This document shows positions 25,390 to 38,359 of a stretch of 64,000 bases of DNA, piece by piece. Made by a program: the position numbers and the translations under genes. Source of the stretch: Ramazzottius varieornatus (taxonomy: Eukaryota; Animalia; Tardigrada); the NCBI GenBank assembly GCA_001949185.1, contig BDGG01000001.1, forward strand, positions 5,633,527 to 5,697,526, read 5' to 3'. Numbering within the stretch: the first letter of the stretch is position 1; each line of letters begins with the position of its first letter. The notes below the pieces were generated by a model. It was not told the DNA's origin, searched no databases, and saw nothing but the letters and a program-made list of their open reading frames with translations.

Positions 25390-25778
25390 TCTCTATGGTA
25401 TCTCTGATATCTGACTGGCTGCTTGGCTAAACTCCGCCCAAGCTCACCATGACGTCATACAGGACAAAACCTGGTTTCAGTGATTGCCGTTCACATGACG
25501 TCACTGCTACGAAGACAGCCAGAAACGTCACTTGGATAAGTTGATTGTCATTTGTCAATCAACTGATGACAAAACTTTCTTCACCCAGACCCTGATCTTT
25601 CCAGGGTCCAGCTGTCAGCCAATCTTCGGATCTTATTTCCCACTTCACAGCCTTGAAGTTGTGGTATCCGTCGGTTTCTGTTCTCCACCAAATTTGTTTA
25701 TCTCCCGAGAAATGCATCCCTTTTAACCGCCCATGTCACGTGTGGCTCTCCCCTAGGTTGTAACCTCCCGTCTGAAGA

Positions 25779-28700
25779 ATGGTCCAGCAAGTTATCCACA
25801 AATCTGGCTTGGCGGCGTACTCCTCCACTTCCGGTCGGCTGCTCGTCCTACAGCGCAAGGGTGGCAATCCTCACGCATCTACCCGCTACTTTGCTTCTGC
25901 AGCTTCCAAGCCCTCCACCCAGTCCCAACCCAAACATGAACCCATCAAGAGCGTCCTAGTGGCTAACCGAGGCGAGATTGCCGTGCGAATCTTCCGCGCA
26001 TGCACCGAACTCGGCATCCGGTAAGCGACTCCTACCGTTGATTGGTCTTTCACTGGTGGTCCTCTCGTAATAAAAACCAAGGCAGTGGCGGTATTTGCCA
26101 TCTGGTGGAACTACCCATTTCTGTTCGTGTCGACCCACACTTTGTTTTTTTCAACTGTTATGTGGATGGTTGACTTTTTGGTGTCGCAGATCCGTGGCCA
26201 TCTACTCGGAGCAAGATCGCATGCAGATGCATCGGCAAAAAGCCGATGAATCTTACTTGATCGGCAAAGGAATGCAACCTGTTGCTGCATACTTGAACAT
26301 TCCCGAGATTGTGCGCATCTGCAAAGAGAACGACATTGACGCCGTCCATCCTGGTTACGGCTTCCTGTCCGAGCGTTCAGCCTTCGCTCAAGCCTGCGAG
26401 GATAACGGAATTAGATTCATCGGCCCTACGCCGGACGTTATGGCGAGGTTAGGAGACAAGGTGGTGGCTAGACAAACAGCCATCGAAGCCGGCTTGAAAG
26501 TCGTACCTGGCACGGAGCTTCCCATCGAAAATCCAGAGCAAGCGACGGCCTTCGCCGAAGAACATGGTCTCCCTATTATCCTGAAAGCCGCGTACGGTGG
26601 AGGTGGGAAAGGCATGCGAGTTGTTCGCGATTACAAAGTAACGCAGTATTTCATTGAGCAATATTCAAACTATAGCGAGGCCCCGTTGAACTCGCGCACT
26701 ACGTCACAGAGCGCTGTTCTGGGCTTTTTAAGGCGCTTCCGGTGACGTAGCGGAAGTGAGAGATAAAAGTAGAAACCGAGCAGATTTCGCATAAGTCTGC
26801 CGTTGGGTCTTCCATGGTTTCTATTTTGAGCAGCCCATTTGCTTGTAAGTTTGCTTTCCCATCACACTTTGACCATTTGCTCTGTAGGATATCAAGGAGT
26901 CCTTCAACCGAGCACATTCCGAGGCCCTCGCAGCTTTCGGTAACGGCGCTCTGTTCGTCGAGAAGTTCGTGGAGAAGCCTCGGCACATTGAAGTGCAGTT
27001 GATGGGTGATGGTTACGGTAACGTTGTTCACCTCCACGAACGCGACTGCTCTGTCCAACGCCGTCACCAGAAGATCATTGAGATCGCCCCTGCTTTCCAT
27101 CTGGACAAGAGCATTCGCGAAGCGATGCATCGTGACGCGGTGAAGATTGGCCAACATGTCGGATATCGGAATGCTGGGACTGTCGAGTTCCTACTGGGTA
27201 AAAACTTCACATGAGTCTTCTGAAATGCAGTTCAGGAAACAATTTTGATTGGAATTTCTCTAGCTCCTGACGGAAAGTACTACTTCATCGAAGTGAATGC
27301 TCGGTTACAAGTCGAGCATACAGTGACGGAAGAAGTGACAGGAGTCGACTTGGTCCAGACGCAGATCAAGGTGGCTGAAGGGCAAAGTTTACCGGAACTC
27401 GGCTTGACGCAGGACAAAATTAAAGCTTCGGGAGCCGCGATTCAGTGCCGTGTCACCACGGAAGATCCTGCCAAGAACTTTCAGCCCGACTCTGGCCGCG
27501 TACAACTTTTCCCAAAGCATTCTGTCATTGTAGGTTGAAAACTGTGTTGTTCATGTACTTAATGCGTCGCTTTTTGTCACAGATCGAAGTATTCCGAAGC
27601 GGAGAAGGTTTCGGTATCCGTCTGGACGGCGCTTCAGCTTTCTCCGGCGCAGTCATTTCCCCATTCTACGATAGTCTTCTGGTCAAAGTCATTGCCAAAG
27701 CCAGTAACTTGGAATCGGCGGCGGCTAAGATGACAAGAGCCTTGAGAGAATTTCGAGTTCGAGGTAAGTTGATCAAGATCAAGATCGTGGAAAGATTTGC
27801 GGCGTCTTCTAACACTCCTTTCTGAATGCTCGTATTATACATTAGAATTTCCATTTCCTATTTCGTACACGTGCCTGGCCTAAATGTGGGGAGGACAAAA
27901 ANNNNNNNNNNNNNNNNNNNNNNNNNNNNNNNNNNNNNNNNNNNNNNNNNNCCAGGCGCGTGTACCGTTGTTTCTTCTTATGGTTTTGACAGTGGAGGTT
28001 TTCTTGTAATTTCGAAACTATTACAGGTGTGAAGACCAACATACCTTTTATCCTGAACGTGATCAACCATGAAAAGTTCAAAGCCGGCGCGTTGGACACT
28101 TCCTTCCTCGACGAGCATCCTGAGCTCTTCCAGCTCAACACTGGGCAAGATCGCGCCAGTAAGCTCATCCACTACCTGGCTAATGTGATGGTCAACGGAC
28201 CCATGACACCTTTCGGCAACAAGCAGCTCCTGCCAGCCTCCATCACACCCACTGTGCCTTCCTACGAGTTCCACAACGCTACTGAAGGCTGGCGAGATGT
28301 TCTCAAGCAACAAGGACCTCAGGGACTGGCTAAAAAGATCAGACAGCATAAGCAGCTTCTTTTGACCGACACCACACTTCGCGACGCCCATCAAGTAAGC
28401 TCTTCCTTGAAAAACTGATCATGAAACGGTTCGCTGAACATGAATCAGAAATTAGGATTGAAAGATCTTATATTCTGCCATTTTCTAAAGGATATGGCTA
28501 CAGTCACCGCCTAAAAGTTTAAAGCCACCGCCTTTGATAAATTCCAATGTAACTGACTAAATTTGGGAAACCACGGAAGAAAAATATTTTCCTAAGCTAC
28601 AGTCGTCGCCTCGGAAATATTTGGTCTAACGTTCACCCGATTGTTGATCCGGGATATATCTTGCTTCAAATAGCTTATCTGCATGGCGGCGAAGTTCGAC

Positions 28701-31700
28701 CGGTAACAGTTAGGTTTGCCAAAGTTCATCGGCAGCTGCCTGGTACGAACCAGTGCGGATCAGTGGTCTGCTCATACAGGGCGGAGATTCTCGAGACGTG
28801 GGTATCTCGCGAACACCATGTTCTGTGATGATCGGGCCCGGCGTTAGTGGCTGCATACCTTGTTTGAGAGCGAAGTCCATTCCTTTTCCTCGTAGAAGAG
28901 GTCTGACGATCTTACTAACCGAAAAGCCGTCATGCGTAGGACTGTGGACCAGTCTGTACCCATCCGCAACCGCTCGGTAGCATGTCTAACTGGCCGATTC
29001 TTGGCTGGAAAGGCCGATCTGCTTTTGCGCGTCCCCCCCCCCTTGTCGAATCTCAAAAACGACAATGAAAGGCGGTGACCGACGATCTAAGGCGGTGTGG
29101 CATTAATTAGTCAAATCCAGAAAAAAGGCGTTGTCAATAGCTTTTTAGGCGGGTCGAGGTGCTCTCTACCCCGAAAAACGGTCTTATCGAGTTCGTTTGC
29201 CCAATAAGTCGTTTCATCAGAAAATGACAGGAGTAGAAAGGTTTGTTTGTGAAGAAATTCATGGAAAGTTACAAAATTCTCGTGAAATTTTCTTGATCAG
29301 AAAATTCAGATGTATATACTGTACAGCTGCTTCTTTTTTTGTTAGAGTTTGTTGGCAACGAGAGTGAGGACTTACGATATGAAGCGCATCGCGCCCTTTG
29401 TCTCATCGACCATGCCACAGCTCTTCTCGATGGAGAACTGGGGTGGCGCCACCTTCGACGTGGCCATGCGTTTCCTGTATGAGTGCCCATGGGAGCGTCT
29501 TCGAACGCTCTCCGCTGCCACACCCAACATTTTAACCCAGTGCCTGGTCCGAGGAGCCAATGGTGTCGGATACACGTCGTACCCCGACAATGCTATCTTC
29601 AAGTTCGTATGAATGACCCAGGACAAACCACCGTAACAGTTGGGTCTAGGGACGTCGGCAACAAATAACGAACTCACTATGATCGCTTTCCCAAATGGCG
29701 CACGCTGCCGGCCAGTAGTAATGAAAACGTGCGCCACTTGACAGTTCGACAGAATCGCGTTCCTAAGTGGCGCACGCTCTCAGCTAATAACAATGCATGC
29801 GTGCGCCATTTGAAATGAAGGCCCAGGTGAAATCGTTCACCGACGTCCTATTTTGAGTTAGAGTATGAAAGGTTGTCTGATATGGCATGGTTTGTTTGTA
29901 GGTTCTGCGATGTGGCGCACAGGAATGGTATGGACATTTTCCGGGTCTTCGACGCATTGAACTACTTGCCCAACTTGACGATGGGAATTGAGGCTGCTGG
30001 GAAGTCAGGAGCCGTGGTGGAAGGTGCTATTGCCTACAGTGGGGATATCAGCGACCCGAGGAAGAAAAAGTACACGTTGGAGTACTACATGCAGCTGGCC
30101 GATGAGCTGATCAAGACTGGCATCCACATCCTCTGTATCAAGGGTACGTTACGTTTCGGAAACAGTCTTCAGCTTTTTCCTCGCCAGCCAACATTCGCAG
30201 AAGCTAACCGCTTTCCTCTTCCGTGTTCTAGACATGGCTGGATTGCTGAAACCGGTGGCCGCGAAGAGACTTATCGGAAGTCTAAGGGAGAAGTACCCGG
30301 ACATTCCCATCCATGTCCATACTCACGACACGGCTGGCGCAGGTACTCGTACTGTTTTTTAGGCTTTCAAGTGTCGCGATGACGGAAATCCTACAAGTTT
30401 TGCTCTGCCTTAATATTTCGCGATAGAAGTGGTAGGCTGACACCGGTACAGCTCTTGACATTGGCGAAAATATGCCGCATTAACTTTAGTGGGTATTAAT
30501 TTTTCTCTACAGGTGTTGCAACGTTGCTGGCATGTTCCGAGGCTGGTGCTGATATCGTTGACGTGGCGGTGGACTCCATGTCCGGCATGACTTCTCAGCC
30601 AAGCATGGGTGCCGTCGTAGCTGCCCTCCAGGACACAGAACGTTCGACTGGTCTGAACCTCGAGCGAGTTCACGAGTACTCGGCCTACTGGGAACAGACT
30701 CGCATGCTCTACGCACCCTTCGAGTGCGCTGTCACCATGAAGACTGGTAACTCTGACGTGTACGACAATGAAATTCCTGGTGGGCAGTACACCAACCTCC
30801 AGTTCCAGGTAGAATATTGAAAAAAATTTCCCCTTTCAAAAAGAAAACAAATATTTTTTGCTTTGCTGTTGCGAATATTTGAAGATGTTTTCGTCCGCAG
30901 TTCTTTCGTTGTATGCATTCTATTCAACTTTTTTCAACGTATGTGTCTTGTTTGACAGGCTTTCAGTCTAGGGTTGGGTGACCAGTTTGAGGAAGTCAAG
31001 AAGCGGTACAGGGAGGCCAATCTGCTGCTGGGCGACATCGTCAAGGTGACACCGACGTCCAAGGTGGTGGGAGACTTGGCCCAGTTCATGGTCCAGAACA
31101 AGCTGGATGGAAAGGCTGTCCAGGAGAAGGCGGGCGACTTGAGCTTCCCCAGCTCGGTTATTGAGTACTTGCAGGGACATTTGGGAGTTCCACCGGGCGG
31201 ATTCCCGGAACCGTTCAGAAGTAAAGTCCTCAAAGACCTACCGAAGGTACGTCAAAAAATTGTGCTTTTTCCGTTCATATCGGTTTCCAGCACGAGTACC
31301 TTCAAATTACTGTACTAGCAAAACGCTGTTCAACCTCCTACATACTTCTTTAAGTTCGGCCGTTTTTCTGCATTAATTTTGACTGCTTGCTTGAATTAGG
31401 GGGTTGAGGGTCCTTTTTGTTAGGTTTCGGGTCGGCGCGGAGCGGAAATGCCACCGCTGGATTTCGAGAAGCTCCACCAGGAACTGCAGGACAAGTTCGG
31501 TCGTCGCATCGATGCCGAGACGGACGTCATGTCCGCTGCCATGTACCCGAAGGTGGCCGAAGAGTATTTTCAGTTCAGGAACCAGTACGGACCAGTGGAC
31601 ACCCTCGCTACTCGCATTTTCTTGCTTGGACCCAAAGTCGGCGAAGAGTTCAACGTAAGCCACAAACCATTTTTGTTTTGCTGGAAGTGAAGAAAAATGG

Positions 31701-32318
31701 GATGGAACGCCATGGGACAGGCTCGATAATCCATAGTTTTCAGTCAAGCAAGATTTTGGGAAGTCTTACCTTGCTCAGTGTACAACTTTGGTCATCTACG
31801 TCACGTCAGAAAGCCCAAGAAGCGCGCGTATAACTCGTGACGTATGGTGAGCAAACTAAGACCTTGCTCCGCGTACGGTTTTCTATTGGAATAGGATCTA
31901 AGAATTTTGTGGTGTGTTACAGGTTGAGATCGAACAAGGCAAGATTCTTCATTTCAAAGTGCTGGCCATCGGTGACGTCTCGGACCGTGGCGACCGCGAA
32001 GTCTTCTTCGAGATGAACGGGCAGTTCCGGTCGACGTACATTCGCGACGCCAAGGCCAAGAAGAGCGCCGATATCCGCCCCAAGATGCAGAAAGGTAAGC
32101 GCGAGCATGTGGGCAGTCCCATGATGGGCACCATCCTGGAAGTACCCGTCAAGGAAGGCGACACCGTCGAGAAGGGCCAAGCGGTGGCCGTGCTCAGTGC
32201 CATGAAGATGGAGATGGTCGTTCAAGCACCATTCAACGGCAAGATCAGTCGCGTCCATATCACGCCGAACGCCAAGGTGGAAGCTGATGACTTGCTGGTG
32301 GAAATGTCAGCTTCTTGA
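25779..32318 (+). CDS. PC: Pyruvate carboxylase, mitochondrial
   Basis: [75 protein letters not shown] and the biotinylation motif AMKM; basic N-terminal presequence; multi-exon. Confidence 0.98.
27866..27964. mobile_element. TA-flanked MITE in a PC intron, interior lost in a gap
   Basis: TACACGTGCCTGG / CCAGGCGCGTGTA flank N gap 27902-27951. Confidence 0.55.
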
Positions 32319-32763
32319 GAAAGAGAAGAAGTTTTTTGCCATATTTCATGCTCAATAAAAGATGCAATATTGCTTCCAACGATTCAGTCTTGCCTTTCGC
32401 TATGCATACCTTGCTGTGTCTTCCTGTGCCAATTTTTAACCCGTATTTTATTTTATTGTACTCCTTGCTGAGTGTGCTGTAATCTGTAATCTCGCTTGAT
32501 GCTTCGGTTGATGACCGGAAGGTTCTGGTTTTAATTTGACGTTCCAGTTTCACCACTTTCTGACAAAGTGCTCGTCCATGTTTTCAAGCTTTCCCACTTT
32601 TTGCTCACCTCGGTGATGTTTCATTCTCACTGTATCCACCGGCAAACCATTCATAAGAAGAAAAATGACTTGTAAGGAAAATGTACCGGGAAAGAACAGA
32701 CACGAAAGATGACAATAGCGAACACGAGACCAATGAAACAAGAATGGAAAAATAAGAAGAAAA

Positions 32764-33684
32764 TTAGCGACAACTTCTTGCAGACCGACTTCGTGCCGAG
32801 CGACTTCTTGCAGCGCTCCTTCTCTGCGACCTGCTCCGGTGTTGCGAGTGAGACCGCGTCCTCTGCGATCGACGCCGGGGTTGCACGGAACGTGATGGGG
32901 TCCTCTGCGACCGCCGCCGCCGCGGTTGCTGTATGCGCGACCGGGATCGAGAGCTTCGACGGCTCTGCGAGCGAGCTGAAGTTGGTCGCCGGGAGCGGGA
33001 CCGTGGTGGAAGGGGAGAGCGGCAGTATGACACATTCCGCTGGTAGATGGAGTAGATCTTTATTCTGACGCGGTAGTGCTGGTGACGCTCAACCTTGACG
33101 CTCCACTCCACCCGAATATGCCATACTACGTTGGAGGTGCTCCCAAAACACCACAGTTCGTCGGTGAACTCCCGGGTCCCTCTCTTGGGCATCTTGTGCT
33201 CCATGAACTGAAACACCAAGAACGTTAACCTTCCAGCACGTCCAAGACAGGTCCTGAAACACCATCTTTCGCAGTGAGGGTATAGCCTATCTATGGCCTC
33301 GCCCACGGCATGTGCAACGTCCAGCTCGCTGTCCGGATCGGCCTCCAGACTGACATAACTGCCCGACGGAGGACTGAGCATCCGGTGTTCCTCGTTGCGA
33401 TCGGAGAATGGCCTAGACAACCTCGGGTCGAAGACCTGTCGTCCTTTGGTGACATGAAGACTTAGTGTCATCCGTCGGGTGGTGACTGCGGCCGTCCGCG
33501 TCATATGGTATGCATGGCGCCAAAACCGCGGATCGCACCTGTTGTTGCCGCGCAGGTAGCCCAGGGAAATCTGACGACGGAAACCAAGAGTGATGGCTTC
33601 AGACTCTCGTTCCCCTTTCAGCGCCGCAGTCACGTCGTTGAACCGGCTGTCCTCCGATGAGATTGTGTACGGTCTTATGGCCAT
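32764..33684 (-). CDS. Orphan protein with Arg/Ser-rich protamine-like C-terminal tail
   Basis: Uninterrupted 306-codon ORF from MAIRPY; last ~85 aa are R/S/Q/P repeats; polypyrimidine-AG acceptor just upstream (33695). Confidence 0.55.
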   Translation of the reverse strand: MAIRPYTISSEDSRFNDVTAALKGERESEAITLGFRRQISLGYLRGNNRCDPRFWRHAYHMTRTAAVTTRRMTLSLHVTKGRQVFDPRLSRPFSDRNEEHRMLSPPSGSYVSLEADPDSELDVAHAVGEAIDRLYPHCERWCFRTCLGRAGRLTFLVFQFMEHKMPKRGTREFTDELWCFGSTSNVVWHIRVEWSVKVERHQHYRVRIKIYSIYQRNVSYCRSPLPPRSRSRRPTSARSQSRRSSRSRSRIQQPRRRRSQRTPSRSVQPRRRSQRTRSHSQHRSRSQRRSAARSRSARSRSARSCR

Positions 33685-33809
33685 CAAGATGTCGCTGTCC
33701 AGAAAGACAGAAGGAAAGGAAGACGGACGAATCCGGCCAATGAAGGAAGGGACACACAGATGCAAAGATGGAAATATCAGCTAAGCAGGCCGAGCGAAGC
33801 AATTCATTT

Positions 33810-35359
33810 CATTCGATATTCATTTCACGATCGGCCCAAAGACTTCTTGCAGCGTGAGGAAAAGAACTGGGAGAAACTTTCGAGTACCTGGAGACCGTAT
33901 AGCTGTGGGTCATCGGGTTCTCTGATCGGGTGAGTGCCAAAACATGCTCTGCGCCGACAAAATCCAGAGTTCGACCTGGACGCATCTCATATTCGAAGCC
34001 CGATTGGTCTGCGTTCCATAGACAGTCCATTCCCTAGGATTGAATGCGTGATCTAACTAGAGCAACGCATTCATCCGCACTTTTCTTCATTTCCGATTTG
34101 TTTTTGAGGTACTTTCAGTGACGAACTTCGCGATCTTCCTGTCACAAATGCCATGGTGTCTACAAGAGAGAACAATAGGATGACATTTCGCTTGATAGTG
34201 TCCGTACTTGTTTCTCGACTCACACATACCGTTTGAATTTCGCAACCCACCGAGACGAAGCCGTAAAGCCAACCAGACCGATTTCTCGGTTTGCTGTGTT
34301 TGCCCATCGCTGGATGTCCATGTCTTTTATGACGTGAGGTTGCTGCTTAGCGAGGAAGAACTGTTTTCCCGTTTCCAAACGTATCGCTTTCAGCTCATCG
34401 ATTCGTGAACCTCCTTCGGCTAACTGTCGCTTCCATTCGATCAGCTGACGTTAACTAGTGACCTTCTTAAAATTCGTCTAAACGCTGGACAGACAGTGAC
34501 GCTTCTTGGTGACTGGCTCAGTTCAGAAATTCACGGCCCGTTTCTTGTAGTCAACGTCGGCTGCTTGGTCAAATGGAACTCTGGGATCCGGTATTGTAGG
34601 GAAGAACAGCTCGCGCGACGACGGCTCGGTTTCGTTGGATGGAGGTTCGTAGTTCGTGAGACGGTCGTCTGCAGCAGCCTCGAAACCATCTTCGGTATGA
34701 CTATTCAGCGGGTTGGTTTCAGCAATGGACTTTTGCGACTCATCGAATGTCGAAAAGTTATTCGGCACCTCGTATTGCAAGTCCTCCTCGGTAGCCAAGA
34801 CTGGACAGCCACCCTGGCTGATATGAGTGTCCAGAAATCCTAAAAGAACAAAATCAACCCGTATATTCCACAGTGCGAACATCAGCGGTAATAATTAGTA
34901 CCTATGATGAGCGTCTTCAACAACTGATCTGTTGCACTTGGAGTGTCCCTTGACTGGAAGTGCTGTTCGTATTCCGTCTCCAGAGGCTTGAGGATGTTCA
35001 TAGGATTGACGGAATCCATATCGACAGTTGCTCGGGTTATGAAGAAGCAGAAGAAGATGGAAGAATGTCTACGGTATACATCAGCAAGCGCACCGTTTTG
35101 GTGAACATCAGCTGATCTTACGCGATACAGTGAAGTTTAGTCAATCAACACGCCAATCAACCATCACGTAATTAAACCTCTCGATTAACGGAACAGCCAT
35201 GTACCGCCCAGATTCTGACGTCACTTCCGCTGGTTGCTGTGTCTTCCAGGATTTTCTTCCGCCGATTCCGCCTGTCTCAGTCGATGGAGAAAGCTCTCCT
35301 CTACCTTTCTACCGTCTCAGTTTCTGAATCAAGACGAGAGGACAGTGCCAATCCCCCCG
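33810..35359 (-). pseudogene. Tc5-like transposase relic with one TIR
   Basis: TIR ~35200-35359; exon MDSVNPMNILK; CENP-B-type FTASSRWVAKFKR, HGICDRKIAKFVT; first catalytic-Asp motif WNADQSGFEYEM and THSYT; several in-frame stops and frameshifts. Confidence 0.75.
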
Positions 35360-36208
35360 CAAGTTACGGCTTCTGGGTGAGTCCGTTGTAGCCAAGGGCC
35401 TCTGTGACCTTGATCACGGCGTAAAGTGAGCAACGCCCTCTAAAGATAGGATATGGAAACCTCACAACCTCTGAAATCACTACAGGTTGAAGGTTGCCGT
35501 CATTCTCATCACAAACTCGATTTCGAATTAGATGACGTCCTGCGGCAGGGAATTGCTAGTTGCCTCATTTGCCGTTTTGTTCCAAGATATACCACGAGGT
35601 TGACAAACCGCGGCGTCAAGTTGTCGGGCCTGTAGTTTTGCAGCTTCGCTACGCATAATAATATTGTTCTCCTTGTAAGGCGGTGCGCTGATTGCTTGAT
35701 TCCCGGATTTTTTTCTGCGTCTTGTACTGTAGTGTATTCCCGACTGCAGTGAATTTATTTGCGATTCCCGAGTTCACAATTCCCGAGTTCACAATTCCAT
35801 AATCTCCTCTGGCTGAAAGACTCAACGTCTTCCGCTTTTGTAACCCAGTGTGTATTCGGCCTGGACAAACAGGTAAGAAGGTCGGCCATTAAAGTCTGAT
35901 AGCCGTTTTACGGAGCAGCGATAACGATAGCGAATTAGCGATAAAGTAGGCAGCAGCTGATAATCCAGCCTGAATGGGGTGATATCGTCTGACAGTCTAC
36001 GCCGTTCTTTTTCATACGTGCTCCTCTTTCTTTCATTGGCTTTTGAATCACCCGCATCTTTCATTCTTTACAGGAACAACTTACTTATTCCCGACAAGGA
36101 CGAAAGGACTGTGAAGCCCGTTGCTGCCCAGAATGATAAGACTTACCAGGCGACGAATCAACATCCATTGCCAGCTGACAGCCATTTGTTCCTGAAAGAG
36201 GCATATCC

Positions 36209-38359
36209 ATGGCTTCTTCCCTTGAAATCTTACTCACAACTCTCACTGTGATATGGAGAACCGTCTATTGCGACATTCTGGTGGTAAGAACTGTTTTTTG
36301 TTCACGACTTTTGATCGATTATATCATCAGACGGAAAACTGCGAATTAGTCAGGTTCATTTCGAAAGAAAGCGTAGACCATGTGATTTGCCTGCCCGATT
36401 TCTGCCTGATCTGGTCACGTGGGACTAGTTTCTTTCCAGCAGATTTACAGTTATTTCAAGCTCGTGTCAGAACTGCAGCGGTACCACGTGATCGTTTTCG
36501 TGCTTGGCTATACATGACGGTCACGTGCGTCTTCAAGTTGGTAGTGCAATTACTGCAGATCTTATTTGCGTGAAGTTTTTACGGCCCCTCTCGAAAACTT
36601 CGATCGCGTTCTCGTTGTATCGATTTCACCAGTCTACCGCGTGCCTGAGGCTGTGCTCTATAAAACGCGTCATATCTGACCTTCGTTTTTTTTCCATAGA
36701 TCGGAGGACCGAAGAACGACACCATGTACAAATTCGCAGCCATGCCTGCGTCATTTGGACCGGAAATACCGGGAGAAGGAGTGGAGGGATACCTTATTCT
36801 GGCCGAACCCCTGACGGCCTGTCAGTATGTACTCCCTCCACCAGATACCAACAACACCTACGACTGGATACTGTTAATTAAGCGCGGCCAGTGCGACTTT
36901 GACCGAAAAGTAAGTCTAGAAACTCTTTCATATTTTGAAGCTCCGCAAGCGAATTCGACAGGATTGTTTTCCACAGTGGCGCACCTTCTTAGTGTTATGG
37001 GTTGAAGACGTGCGCCACTTGGGGAAACGATCATGACGAGTTGTTTCTGTCTCGAAGTGGCGCGTGCTTTCGGTGTTTTTGGCTGAGAGCGCGCACCACG
37101 TGGGAAAACGATCGAGTTCCTGAGTCAACATATCATTCTTCCTTTAGTCTTGTTTTTTTTTCAGTAAAAATATTTGTCCTTGAAGGTTTTGAACGCACAA
37201 AGAGCCGGATACGCTGCAGCCATCGTCTATAATAACGGTTCGCAGACGCTCGTGCCGATGAGTGGCTCGAGGGAGAAAGACATTGGTATTCCCGCTGTTT
37301 TCGTCTCATACCGAGACGGCATCTTTCTTTCCGCCGACTTCCTCTATTCACCCCTTGTCGACAATCCCTATTACGTGGTAATCACCCCGGAGTATCCAGT
37401 GATTAGTCTCAACGCCATCCTTTTGCCGTTTGCGATAGTGGTGGGGATCTGCTTCTTCGTCCTGACCATGGTGCTTGTAAGTTCACCTCCGTTCTAAGGA
37501 AATTATTAGATTAAATGACTTCATATTTCCCTCGGGGCTCATGTTCACTTGGTGAAAGATGAATAAGACTCAGAAGTCTTGATTGGGCTTTTGCAGGTGG
37601 CGAAGTACTGGCGGGACCGTAGACGCAGGAGACGTCATCGTCTGCCTCGGTCCCAGCTGAAGAAACTGACAATCCGCAAGTTCAAAAAGGGAGAGGGAAA
37701 TGATGTCTGTGCCATATGCTTGGAGGAATTCGAAGAAGGAGACAAATGCCGAGTTCTACCCTGTCATCACCGTATGTGAATTTACCCCGATCGATTCGCG
37801 CATTCGTGTCATTTTTTTACAGTTTTATTATGATGGTAAATTCTTTCGTGTGCTTCCAGAGTATCACTGTAAGTGTATCGATCCGTGGCTGTTGAACAAC
37901 CGCCGCGTCTGTCCGGTGTGCAAGCGCAAAGTGATTCCGGGGGACTCGTCGGACGACGAAGCGACAGTGCAGAGCTCTAACGTGACGCCTCACAGAAGCT
38001 CGAGTAACATCTCAGAGTCGACACCGCTCCTGACAGCTTCACCGCAACCCGGCCAGTCCAGTCTACCTCTGCAGAACGACATGCTGGTCACACAGGCCAA
38101 CCCTCCACTCCTCGTCAATGTGGAGTTCCTCAGTGATGATGAGGACTATGACGGGGATACGGAAGAAGCACATGACAACGCCGGTATGCTTCACGATGAA
38201 GCGTATCCCGCAGCCTGCGGCGTGGTCCATACCGTGCCTGTCACTTTCGAAGAACTACCGGCGAAGGAGAGCTTGGTGGTTACCGAGACTGTAAAGGTTG
38301 AAGAGGAGCCTGATGTACCACTAATCTCTTTGACCGACACAAAAACAGTGAATTTATGA
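36209..38359 (+). CDS. RNF13: PA-TM-RING E3 ubiquitin ligase (RNF13/RNF167/Godzilla-like)
   Basis: Signal exon MASSLEILL...DILV; PA domain (PASFG, LIKRGQCDFDRKV, NAQRAGYAAAIVYN); TM; RING-H2 CAICLEEF...CHHEYHCKCIDPWL...CPVCK. Exons 36209-36283, 36700-36909, 37186-37476, 37597-37771, 37860-38359. Confidence 0.9.

Noticed and set aside
28490-29170. CCGCC/GGCGG-rich segment in a PC intron as a transposon
   Set aside because: Only loose inverted similarity; no definable ends or TSD.
32709-33068. Ala/Ser-rich plus-strand ORF
   Set aside because: Antisense shadow of the Arg/Ser-repeat tail.
3160-33684. CatSper-like gene and protamine-like ORF as a sperm gene cluster
   Set aside because: They are 27 kb apart and separated by housekeeping genes; nothing in the sequence links them.
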